This document shows positions 35,690 through 47,691 of a stretch of 64,000 nucleotides of DNA, piece by piece. Location of the stretch: positions 62,001-126,000 of the forward strand of contig JABLTG010000025.1 in the NCBI GenBank assembly GCA_016618085.1, in the 5' to 3' direction. Within the stretch, counting starts at the first letter, position 1; the number at the start of each line of letters is the position of its first letter. Both the position numbers and the translations under genes were made by a program. The DNA comes from Neovahlkampfia damariscottae. Taxonomy: Eukaryota. The notes below the pieces were generated by a model. That model saw only the letters and a list, made by a program, of their open reading frames with translations, made no database searches and was not told the DNA's origin.

Positions 35690-38600
35690 ATGAGTAAAAA
35701 AACATTAAAAACACCAGTCATTGAGACAGGAAGGAACATTGATGGTATACTTTCAAATTCAACTAAACGATGTAGATATTGTCAAAGGATTAATTTCCAC
35801 AATAAACGATGAAGATCCAAAAATCAAAGAAGAAATTCATCAATCTCTTTGTAAAATCGGAAGCAAAGAACCTTTAATGGTTTTAAGTAAATCTTTGGCA
35901 TTTATGAATGGTGGCTCAAGATCAGATAAACAACACAGAATTTGTGTCATGAAGGTTATTTCAGAAGTTATTGACAAAAACGACTTTAAATGGACAAAAG
36001 AAATTGGAGAAGCAATGATTATCATGGCATCTCAAGAAATGATCGCTGAGTCAAGTATTGATCATGTTTGGCAAGAAGCTTCTTCAAAAGTTTTAATTTC
36101 CATGGCTAGAATTGCTCCAAAAAAAGTTGCAACAGAATTGTTAGATTATTTACCAGCAAATACACCACCACACTATTTTGTCATAAAGACACTTGGTGAC
36201 TTTGCTTATAATTATCGTATTTTTTTTTTTTTTTTTAAATTTTTAGCAACTTCTTTTTTACCTCATTTGAAAGAAATTTTAACAAGAACATTACCAATTC
36301 TTGCCATGTTGAAACATGATAATCTTAGATGGGTTTTTGCTGCTGCCATTGGAAGGTGGGCTGAAGCTGTAATTGTTGCAACAAATGATACAGAAAATCC
36401 AACTCCAATTCCAATTAGTGAATTTTCAGCTCAAATGGATACTGCTTTAAAACACATTCACAAAGAGTGGTTACTCAAAATGTCTTCAAAGTAAATACCC
36501 AAAAAAAATTAAAATTAACAACAGAATTCGTTTGGCTTCAGCTGAAGGTATTGGATATATGGCTCATATCATTGAAAAAGATCATATTGAAGAACAATTA
36601 GATGGCTTAATTGCTTCATTTTTGAACTTAATAGGAAAAGAACTCAAAGAACAACAAGCTGTGACAATTGGACTATCAAATCTTATTGAATCTGTAATTA
36701 GAAGTACACCTGATTCACTTATAACTCATGTTGATATTTTGTTAAAAACTTTTCAAACATACATTAATAGTCTTAATAATGCAAGTTCACCAAACTCAAT
36801 AAAAAATAGAGAAGCTTATTTAAGATGTTATGAGTTACTTGGAAGACATTACCCGGATAAAGTAATTACATGGCTCATTAAACAATTTGATAATTCAGCC
36901 ACCAATGTTAAAATTGCGACATTATCAATTTTAAGACATTTAGTGAATAAACTCAAAAAAGAATTATCCACTTATAAAGAATTAATTGTTGGTGGCGTTA
37001 AACTTGTTATCAAAATTGATGACAACAGAGTAAATCTTTAGAAATAGTTTAATCTTTTTTAAGGCACGTCTAGAATTGTTGAAATTAATTTGTGAAATGG
37101 GAAAAAGAGGTTATTTATCAAAATTAGGTGGAACTGATTTACTTGCTGTTGTAGTTGATGCTGCTTCAATAACAGATAAACAAATTTCAAGCTTTGATAA
37201 AAAAAATAAAAAAGATGGAAATTATCCACCAAACATGACTGCTTTGCATGAAATCAGAGATGAAGCTGATAAAATTCTTTTTGGATTTTCAGAAGCAAAT
37301 ATGAGTGAAAAATTAGACAAAGTGTTTTGGCCATTCCTTTTTGAATTTTTCAATGAAGGAAAACATACAGCAGCTTTTGGTATTTTAGCAAAAATTGCAG
37401 CTGATGTTGCAAAAAGAAAAAAAGAAGATGAAGATTTTATGATTGATTTTACAGCTCAAGTCAACTTACCAAAACCACATCAAATTTTAACAAGATTGTT
37501 AACTATGTTACATGAACCATATGCAAGAAATCAAAATGGAGTTAATATCCTCAGAGCTTTATATTGTTTATCACCTTTATTCCATGAAGAAGTTATTGAA
37601 GTTTGGGCAAAACTTTTACCAGAAATGAAAAAATATATTGATGGTAAAAAAAAAACTAAAATTAAAAATTCTAAAAGATGAAACAAATTTTGCACTTGAA
37701 CATTGGGAAAATATGATTTTACAATTAGTTAGGGCAAGTGTAGTTGCTGTTGGAGATGATGAATGGTCAGTCAAACTTGGAAATGCATTCATTCAATCAG
37801 CACCTTTATATTCAGGAGATGAAGCAACAAAAAAAATGTTGTTAAGTATTATTGGACTTGGTAAACAAATTATTGATCATTTATTCTTTAGTTATACAAA
37901 AAACAAGTCTCAAAGAATTTGTTTTTAATGCAATTACTGATTTATTTTTTGCAACAGATCATACAAATGAAGAAGAAAGATTAGGATGTGCTAGAGGTTT
38001 AGGTCAAGCTGCATCTGTTCACACTGACGCAGTTTTAAATAATCTTCAAACTGTCATGAAATCATCAATCAAAACTAGTGGATTCTTTTATACATTAAAA
38101 CCTACTGATATCACATCTGGATGTAAAGCATCAGCACTTTTAGCTTATGGGTATATTGCGATGCTAATTCCAATAAACTTAATTCCTTCAAGAATGGAAG
38201 TGTATATCATTCAAAACATCACACCAACATTGAAAACAGAAAAATATCCAGAAATTAAAGAAAATGGATTAAAAGCTTTAAATTTAGTAGGACAAGCAGT
38301 TCATCCAAATAGAATGCCTGATTATACATTGAAATCACGTGATGAATTAATCACATTGATTTTATCATTAATTGGAAAAAGTGTGAAAGATTCAAATATA
38401 CATGCATTAAGAAAATATGGATTAGAAGCATTGGCAACATTAATCAAATTACCACCAAGATTAGATTCAAAACTTCAAGCAACCATTTTAGAAAAAACTT
38501 TATTTCTTTATTCAGTAAAAGTTGAAGGAGCTGGTGATGTTACTGAAGATGTCATTTTAGAAAATTTGAATTTAATGTTATTTTCAATTTTACATATTGA

Positions 38601-40892
38601 ATTAAAAGAAACAAATTTAAATGATTTATTGTTAGCTTTGGAACCATTTACCAAACATAAAGATGTTAAACAAAGAGAAAAATCAATGAACTCTTATGTT
38701 GCTTTATTAAAAGAATTTGCTGTTGGAATTTCAGAAGAACCACAAGAATCAAAAGAATTCACAAATTGTGGAAGGGCAATCGGAGAACTTTTACCAAGAG
38801 TAACCGAAGCTTCAGGATCAGTCAGAAGAAATGCAATTGACGCAATTTATCTCTTATTAAGAATTCATTATTATTTAGAAAAAGAAGGATCTGATTTACC
38901 TGCATCTATTAAAAAGATTGGACCTTTAAGAGCAGAAATTGAAAATGCTTCAGAAAATGAATTATTGGATATTGCAAAAAAATTATCATCAATTCTTGCA
39001 GAAGCAATTATTCCACAACATTTATCAACTTTAGTAAACACATTATTTACAACTTTGGGAGATGTTGATTTAACAGGTGCTAATGGTACTGGATTAATCT
39101 TAAATGGATTAATTCGTTTCCGTGGGAAAGAAATGGAAACCAATTGCAATAGTTACATCAAAACTATCTTAAAAAATATGGAAACTCATTCAGCAAGAGA
39201 ACCTGTTGTTTCAGGTCTTCAATATGCTGTCAGAGCTCTTGCAAGACATCACACAACATTAGTTATCAAAAATCTCATATCAGAACCAACACCACATTCA
39301 TCGTAAAATTTTCTTCTTTTTTTTTAATTCTCTTAAAAAGTGAACTTATCAAATCAATTCAAATTTTAACAACTGATGAAAAATTACTTATTAGTCTCTT
39401 AGATCATGTTTTGGATGTTATTAATAATTCACAAATTTATGATGAAAAACAAGTACCTGGTCCAACAGATGAATCAGGAAGACAAACCTTTAGAACTGAA
39501 TATGCACCTACAGCATTAACTTTATCAGCAACAGCTGCTTTATCAGAGATTTTAGAAAAAGATGTTGGTGATTTTATTATGGAAAATCATGATTATTATT
39601 CAAGAATTTTATGTGCAATATTGTTACGTATTGGAACTTCAAATGAATGCACAAAAAATGCTCCAACAAAAGAAGCTCAAAAATTATTAAAAAATTTCTT
39701 CAAATGTGTTGATGAAGAAGATATCACTCAAAAACTTGAAACTGATAACATTTGGAATGATTTAGTTCACAGTAAAATGTATCCAGAAGTGATCAAAGTT
39801 ATCACTGAACTTGTTTGTCAAAAGCATGAAAAATTGATTAAAAATATCTTTGAAAACACAAAGAATTTCATTTCAAGAGGTTATTTAGGTCATAGAGGTA
39901 GGCTTTAATTATTTAAAAAAAAATAGTGGCATCAACTTGTATTCTTGCTGTTTTACTTAAAAACATAAAGAATGATAGAGATTTAACTTATGCAACAATC
40001 AATGGTCTTTTAGGTAGAATTGGAACAGATGAACATTTTAAAGTAAAATTACCATCAATTGATGGATTATCTGGTATTGTTGTTCATCCAATTGATCAAG
40101 TAAAACAATTCAATTGTTTAACTTTTTAAAGATGGATAAGTTTGTAACGCCTGTTGTTGGTGCTTTATTAGCTAATTTAGAAGACAAAGATGAAAATATT
40201 ATTTTAGTAAGCATGAAAAGCATGAAAGAAATTTTAGAAATTGCACAAGATGAATCAGTTTCACCACTTTTAGTGAATATTTGTGTTCGTTTAAAACCAT
40301 CATTTGAAAAGAAAAATCCTGTTATTCGTGATACTTCAATAGATTTATTTGGTGTCATTGCACGTTTTTCAGAAGGTGCTGTTGGTGAAAATTTGATTCA
40401 ATTAATTCATTCAAATCTTTCAACATTAATTCTTCATATGTTTGATTCAGATGCAAAAGTTGTTGCTGTAAGAAACTTTTATTATTTTTTTAAATTTTCA
40501 AGTCATGTAAAAGTTCAATCAGGAAATTAGTTGCTGTTCTTGGTGGAAAAAATATCATTGAATTATTTAATCATAAATCATTTGATGAAGATGGTGAAAT
40601 TGATGGTGATGATTTTCCACATTCACTTGCTGTTGCTTATATCAAAGATTTTCCAAACAGAGTTTCTGAATTTGTTTCTTCACTTGTTGTTTTCTTCAAA
40701 TCAACATGGGGAAATATCATTGCACAATCATCATTGACAGCTGGTTACATTTTAGCAGAATGTGGTGAAGATTTAAGATCAAGAACAAATCTCAGACATA
40801 CATGTTCTTCTTTAATTTCTTTATTGAGAAATCCAAATCCAAAAGTTAGAGGAAGTGTTTCAAAAATATTAGGACTTTTGTATGAAAGTTAA
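35690..40892 (+). CDS. Maestro HEAT-like repeat protein (MROH1/SGR6-like); many introns
   Basis: PHYFVIKTLG, LPILAMLKHDNLRWVFA, WPFLFE, LPKPHQILTRL and ERLGCARGLGQAASVHTD motifs; HEAT-repeat composition. Confidence 0.88.
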
Positions 40893-40939
40893 AAATAAAA
40901 AGTTTAGTTTTTTTTAACCAATCGAAAGGTTTTTTTCAG

Positions 40940-42142
40940 ATGAACAAATTGGTGAGACAGTACTCTGTCAAAGTATTGAAAAATACTCCTAAAATAGTGA
41001 AATTACAACTGAATGAAGGAAAAGAATTATCATTTTTGCCATTGTGGTTACGTGACCATTGTCAATGTTCAAATTGTATTCATCCTTTAAGTTTACAAAG
41101 AAAAATTGATACTTTTGAAATTCTTCAAGAATCAAAGAATTTAAAAATTGAATCTTTAAAAGAAAATGATGAAGAAAATATTTCAATCAAGTGGAAATCA
41201 AATCAAATCGAGCATGAAAGTGTGTATCCAAAAAAATTTTTAGAAAAATATTCACAAGAAAATATGAAAAAAAATTCACCTTTTTTGCATCTTTATAATG
41301 ATATTAAATTATGGAATTGCTCTTTAGAATTAAAAAATGGAATGGTTGATTACAATGAAGTGATGAAAAATGATGAAGGATTGTTCAAACTTTTGACAGT
41401 GATTAGAGAATATGGGTTTTGCATTATTAACAACACACCTATTGATTCACATAAACCAACAAGAGATTTAATTGAAAAAATTGGAAAAACAAGAAATTCT
41501 ATTTTTGGTGATTTCTGGGAATTTACAGTAAGACAATTTATTCTAAATTGTTTTATTAAGGATGATGATGCTGTTGATGACACGGCATACACAAATGAGA
41601 GATTAGAATCACATTGTGATGGTACTTATAGCTTTGATGCTCCAGGAATTCAATCATTTCACTGCATCAAAGGTGAATATAAAAATGGTGAAAGTTTCTT
41701 AGTTGATGGATTTAATGTTTGTCAACAATTGAAAAAAAAAAATCCAGAAGCATTTAAATTCTTTTCAAAATTTGATTTTCCTCATGTTTTCAATACAAGA
41801 AATAATGAAACCTATTTATTGAATAGAACTAAAATAATCAACACAGAAAATGAAGGAAATGATGTTTATTGCTTCAGATATAATAATTTAGACCGTGATA
41901 TTTTAGATTTAGATCCAAAAAATCAAGAATTATTTTATCAATATTATTCAGATTTGGCAGAAATTGTGAGATCTAATCAAAATGAAATTCGTTTCACATT
42001 AAAACCTGGAATGTTAATGTTGACAAATAACTGGAGAGTTTTACATGGAAGAGAAAGTTTTATTGGAAAAAGGACCATCATTGGATGTTACGTGAATGAA
42101 GAAGATTATTTAAGTAAACTCTCTACATTTTTAAAAAAATAA
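40940..42142 (+). CDS. Trimethyllysine dioxygenase / gamma-butyrobetaine hydroxylase family (mitochondrial); in-frame 33-nt intron
   Basis: WLRDHCQC..C, DTAYT..L..HCDGTY, LVDGF, RYNN.DR and NWRVLHGR motifs. Confidence 0.9.
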   Translation: MNKLVRQYSVKVLKNTPKIVKLQLNEGKELSFLPLWLRDHCQCSNCIHPLSLQRKIDTFEILQESKNLKIESLKENDEENISIKWKSNQIEHESVYPKKFLEKYSQENMKKNSPFLHLYNDIKLWNCSLELKNGMVDYNEVMKNDEGLFKLLTVIREYGFCIINNTPIDSHKPTRDLIEKIGKTRNSIFGDFWEFTVRQFILNCFIKDDDAVDDTAYTNERLESHCDGTYSFDAPGIQSFHCIKGEYKNGESFLVDGFNVCQQLKKKNPEAFKFFSKFDFPHVFNTRNNETYLLNRTKIINTENEGNDVYCFRYNNLDRDILDLDPKNQELFYQYYSDLAEIVRSNQNEIRFTLKPGMLMLTNNWRVLHGRESFIGKRTIIGCYVNEEDYLSKLSTFLKK

Positions 42143-42152
42143 AACCTTCGTT

Positions 42153-44570
42153 TTAAAAGACTTCTTCTTGTAATTCAATTTCTTTTGGTGATTTAACCTC
42201 TTTTTTTCTTAATACATTCGCAATTTGATTTCCAACTTTCACTGAAAGTGATTGAAAAACGAAGTAGGCTTTAGGAACAAACATCAAACTGAGAATAATA
42301 ATCAAAGCTAAAAAATTTGCAATGTAAAAAATGATTGACAATGCAATGATGTCTGTTACAATGAACATAATTGGTACAGTCACTAAAAATATCAATGCCA
42401 TTGAAAAAGTCTAAAAATACTCATTAGAATTTTTTTGATTCAGTACTGAAAATGAAAGAAAATGAACTTCATAGAATAATGAAGAGATTGTTCTTGAATA
42501 AATTGATATAATTAAAGCCCAAATTAAAATCAAACATTTGTATCCAATCAAAACACCCATTACAACCGGGTCATCATCACATAAAATGAATTTTGTTGTT
42601 TCTCCGTAAGCCAAATCAAAAATTTGAGGAGGATGAACAAGAGCCCATAAAAGTAATAAAATCTAAAAATAGGTTATGGAAAATTGATTTACTGTTTGGG
42701 CGACTAAGAATACAATCAAATATCTTGCAATGTAACTATTTGATTTGAAGTTACTCTCGTTTTCTGTTGTAACTGCATTTTTACGACCATAGTATCTATA
42801 ATATTTTTGATTTTTAGCGAATAAAGAACCAACAACGAAAACAAAACCATAACTGAAACTATATCCTCTGCAAAGACAAATCGTTAAATTATTGTAATTT
42901 ATCAGTGTTGTTAAAATAACTGAAATCATTAGTAAAATAGAGCCAAATAATATCAATAATAAAGCCCATGGTGTCGCTTTTCTTATTGGTTGTTTTGTAT
43001 AACAAGCCAAAACAAAAATCATGAAAAAAATACATATAATAATAAAACCAGAAGCAATTCCAATCACAGTATAAGTCAACCATTCTGGATATCCAGGAGT
43101 CAAAAAGTCTGTAAACAATATTAAATCCTTGAAAAATTAGTTTTCGTTTGATTGTTACTGTTTTTCCTGCATTGGAATGTGTGGTCAAATTATAATTCTC
43201 CGAAAAGGCAAAATGAACACTAAATGTAGAACGTGTAAAGTTCGTATCAAATAAATCACTTGAGACTCTAGATCTTGTAAATTGTACTTTTGTGACCCCT
43301 AATGATTCAATGAATGTCACGCTTTCTCCAATATTACTATGTTGCCCACCAAGAGCAATATCCAATATCTAAAAGTATATAAGAAGAGAATTAAGCTTAC
43401 TGGAACTCCATAAGATGTATTTCCATAATAATCTCCGACTTCATATTTTCCATTTTGTAGTCTGCCAATTACAAGATCAACTCCGAGGTGATGTGTAGTA
43501 TTTCCGACCTCTTTGAATCCAATTCCAACCCATCCTGTCGCTGAAAAAAGTCAGATAATTATTTTTCTTACTGATTCCTTGTATTTCAAAATCTACATGA
43601 GTTGAGTTGTATCTCCAGTAAAGTTTGTATCGTGAGTGGAATAAATGAGATCTTTGATATTCACCATCTGTTTCATCAAATGGGTTTGTTGAATGTTGTT
43701 TAATTGATTGATAATCGAATAATTTGGATTTGAATTTTTTAACATCTGACAAACTTTGTGGTTTTGTGAATCTTTTGTACGGAAGCAGAAGCAAAACTCT
43801 TGTTAAAGTATCTTTTTTGTTATCAAATGATTCAAGGTGAATTCCAATGGAAGTGTCTAAATTATCAATTGTTTTGTAGATTGAAGTCAAAGTTGAAAGA
43901 ATTTTTTGATTTTTTGTTAATTCAGTGAAGTGTTTCAAAGTTTTGAGTCCGAATAATAGGCGAAGTTCATTGTATTTTCGAATCTTCAGTTTTTGTTCTT
44001 GTGTTAAAAAATTGATAATTTCTTTTTTTTTCAATTTGGTGGCATTGTAAAATTTAATGTGAAGAATTTTCATTGTTAATTCATGTAAAAATAATGATGT
44101 TTCTTTTGAAAATTGATTATTTACAGTTTTTGACTGAGTTGTGAACACTGAAGGAATCCATTCATCAAAAAAAAAGGTTTCAACCAAACTTAACAACGTT
44201 TCATCAGCTCCTACAGTAATATCATCATTATTATCTAATAGACTCTTTTTTTTCATCATATTAATTCGTAATTTATGTTCATCTAAAAGTCTTGTGAAAA
44301 GACTTTTTTTCTCCGATTGATTTGGCAATAATTTTACAAGTTTCTTCAATTTTGGAATATCTAAGACTTTACTTTCAAGAGACTCTGATATAGTTAGTGA
44401 ATAATTATAAGATTACTTTGTGAGCTTTGGAAAAGATGGAAAAAATGTTTTTGTTGAAAGTTTATCGTTGAAACAGAATTTTCCTGGAATAGGTCTATTT
44501 TGTTTTCACATCCGCTCACTAGTAGCGCTATTGTTAGCAACAGAAACAACTTCAAGTTATTGAGTATCAT
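42153..44570 (-). CDS. Class C (GABA-B-like) 7TM receptor with extracellular degenerate heme-peroxidase-like and DOMON domains; 6 introns
   Basis: All six GT-AG introns keep one frame. YNELRLLFGL...FTELT...IY..IDNLD..IG..LE (peroxidase); YKLYW...TGWVGIGF...DLVIG...GDYY (DOMON); IRKATP, GF..V.GSLFAK and SRTISSLFYE (7tm_3). Confidence 0.75.
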
Positions 44571-44744
44571 TCCAACGTATTGTTGAGCCGACCAATGAGC
44601 GCAAAGAAATTAAAAGATACGAAAAAAGAATTTTTCCGGAGAATTCAGAAAAGAACAAAAATCTTGAAAGAACAAAAAATTAGAGAAACGAAATATTAAT
44701 AACTCCGATCCAATCAAATAAAACCTTCTATTGTTCAACGACAT

Positions 44745-46579
44745 TCATTTTGGAGGAACCCATCCTCCAAATTTCTTTTCCAAAGCAATAGCAACTGCAA
44801 CAGTAAGAACATCATTTCCAGGAGCAGAAACAATTTGAATTCCAAGAGGCAAACCATTTTCATTCAATCCCAAAGGTACTTGGGTCACAGGAGTTGTCAT
44901 CATGTTAAAAATGCCTTGTAAAACCCAAGAAATTGGATAAATCTTTGGTTGATTATGCTTTGGAACAGGTGTCATATAACTTGGAAAAACCAAAACAGTA
45001 TCATTTCCAAGCATGTTTATCAATTTTTCTCTCATTTCTTCACCTAATTTATAATATTTTTCTAATCTTTCTGGCATTAATTTTTGAATGTATTCAATGT
45101 AACATAAAATGATGCATGGAAGAGTAAAATCTGATTGTTGTTGATTTAAAAGTTTGTATAATTCAACAAACACATTTGGTTTACCTAAATTCTCCCAATG
45201 ACCAGGTCCTCCTCTTGAATCAATTTCTAATAACGCAGCCCAAATATCAACCTTTCTTTTTTGAGATTTAATTTATTTCTTACAGCTTCTTCCATATGTT
45301 CAATTTTTTTAACATCTCTTCTAATTTCACAACCCAAATTTGTTAATTCAGTGACAACCTTTTTTTGAATGTTTACAACATCCCTTGTAAAATGCATTAA
45401 AAAAATATCAATTTCTTCAATTGAGATGACTTTGATTTTTTTTAAATCAACATTGGAAGGATCACCTCTTATTCTTCCTTCTGATAAAATTTTTAAGAGA
45501 GGCCATAAATCTTCAGATTTTTTGCAAATAGGTCCTGTACATAAATATTTATCAGCTTCACCATAAGTGCCTGGAAATTGTCCTTTATTTGAAATAGCCA
45601 ATCCTGTTGCTTTATGTCCAAAAACACCCTATCAAAGATTTTTATTCAAAGAGAATTGTTACATTGAAGTATGCTGGTATTCTGATTGAACCACCAATGT
45701 CTGAACCAATTCCAATCGGAGTACATCCAGATCCAACAGTACAACCTTCTCCACCTGAAGAACCTCCTGCAGTCCTTTCCAGATCATATGGATTATTAGT
45801 TCTTCCATAAACTTCATTATTTGCTTCAATCCACATGCAAATTTCAGAAACATTTGTATTTCCTAAAATTATGAACCCAGCTTGTTTCATTAATTTAACA
45901 ACATCAGCATCTTCTTTAGAGATTTCATTTATTCTACTGACAAGTCCACTTGAATTTTTCATATCTTTCACTTGAATATTTTCTTTTATGCTACATGGAA
46001 CTCCAAAATAAGGATGTTTTTTGTATAACTCATCCAAGTTGGATGTATTTGAAATGATTTCATCGACTTTTTTGGCTTCTTTGATGGCATCTTCAAATCT
46101 TTCATTTACCATAGCATTTAATTTTGGATTTACTTGTTTAATATGTGAAATATGTTCTTCAATTAATTTCAAGGATGTTACTCTTTTGAGTTTTAATAGA
46201 TTGACCATTTGTAATCCTGATAATCTTAAAATTTGCGGAACTTCAACATCTAAATGTGTAATTAAAATTTCTTCAACTGATGAAGTCATGACAGTGGAGC
46301 GTTTTTCAACTAGATTCAAATTTAAAAAAAAAAAAAAAATTCACCTTTGAGTTTTAAAGTTTTGACTTTCAAATTATTTTTGTATACATCAATGGCTGTT
46401 TTCCAGTCTTTTTCATTTTCTATTGTGATCCATTCATTTTCTTCATCAAGAAAAAAGAGTTTGCAAGGAATTTTGATATATTTTTGAATAATGTCACGGA
46501 GTTTTTTATTTTCATCAACTGAGATTCGAATAATTGAATCAGGGAAATAAATTTTGAGAGAAATACTTGTTATTAACAT
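44745..46579 (-). CDS. PB1 domain fused to amidase-signature enzyme (FAAH2-like); 3 introns
   Basis: LKIYF...FLDEENEWITI (PB1 OPCA) spliced in frame to GVPCSIKE, GGSSGGEG, GSDIGGSIRIPA and GLPLGIQIV. Confidence 0.8.
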
Positions 46580-46748
46580 CAAACAAATCAAAATGGAATA
46601 GTGGAAGTATTATTGGACAAAAGAACATCCAATAAAAAGGCAGTGGTAAAATATTGAAGAAAGTTTTTTTCAATTTTCTTTAAAAATAACGATGCTTTAC
46701 CTTAGATGTCATTTTATGAACCTACTTTTCATTGGATAAACAAAAAAC

Positions 46749-47601
46749 ATGAGGAAAAAAATTATTTTTCCAAAACTATATAAAAACGCAAATAGTCCAA
46801 AACTATTAGAATTAATACCAAAAATTGATTTCTTCAAGAACAAAACTTCACCAATAATTACAGTTGAAAAATCAACCCATGACAAAGTCAATGTTTATGA
46901 CAACAGAGCAATCAAAAACAATAAACCAACTGAAAAACCAATTCATAGTTATAAAAGGATTTTAAAAGAACCAGTTCTTCAACCAAACGCAGCTGTTTTA
47001 TTATTGTTTTTTAAAAATAAAAACCAAGAAAACTCCATAGCCTTCATAGAAAGAGCAGACCGTGGTTCTCATGCTGGAGAACTGGCTTTTCCAGGTGGAA
47101 AATTAGACTCAAATGAAACATTAGAAGAATGTGCTCTCAGAGAAACAGAAGAAGAAATATTCATCCCAAGAAGTGGAATAACAATTTTGAATCAAATTCC
47201 TTCTGTTGTTACAGTGACCACAAAAAAAAAAGTCAAAGTAAATCAATTGAATTTATAAATTCTAACTTTAAAAAAAGCCATTTGTTGGTACCTTTGATCG
47301 AAATAGCCTTAATTCATGGAGTTTTCAAACGTCTGAAGTTAAGCAAGTCATTGAAGTTTCTTTGAAAGATATCATTGAACATTTTGAAGAAAGGGGTTCT
47401 TTTTTATTCCGTCATAATGATGAGCATACTCATGAATGTAAATTTCAAAATTATCAACTAAAATCTTGTTTGACAGTTTTTGGACCAGTTTTTCATATTT
47501 CTGAAGATATGAAGCTTCATGGTCATAAAGAAGGAACTATATGGGGTATGACTGCAAGAATATTGACATATTTCTTGAAAGAACTTGAAGAAAATCTATG
47601 A
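46749..47601 (+). CDS. Nudix CoA diphosphatase (NUDT7/NUDT8-like); 1 intron
   Basis: AAVL, HAGELAFPGGK, ECALRETEEE, SEV and IWGMTARIL motifs. Confidence 0.88.
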
Positions 47602-47691
47602 ACCAGACACTGAAGTAAACCTTTCTTTTAAATTTCCATTTGTTTTCTTATTGGTTGTTTTTGTGTGGATTTTTTATTTATCATTAAGAGA

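Noticed and set aside
44595..44699. 34-aa basic ORF MSAKKLK...
   Set aside because: Its ATG lies inside a CCAAT box of the neighbouring promoter, and it has no motif or intron support.
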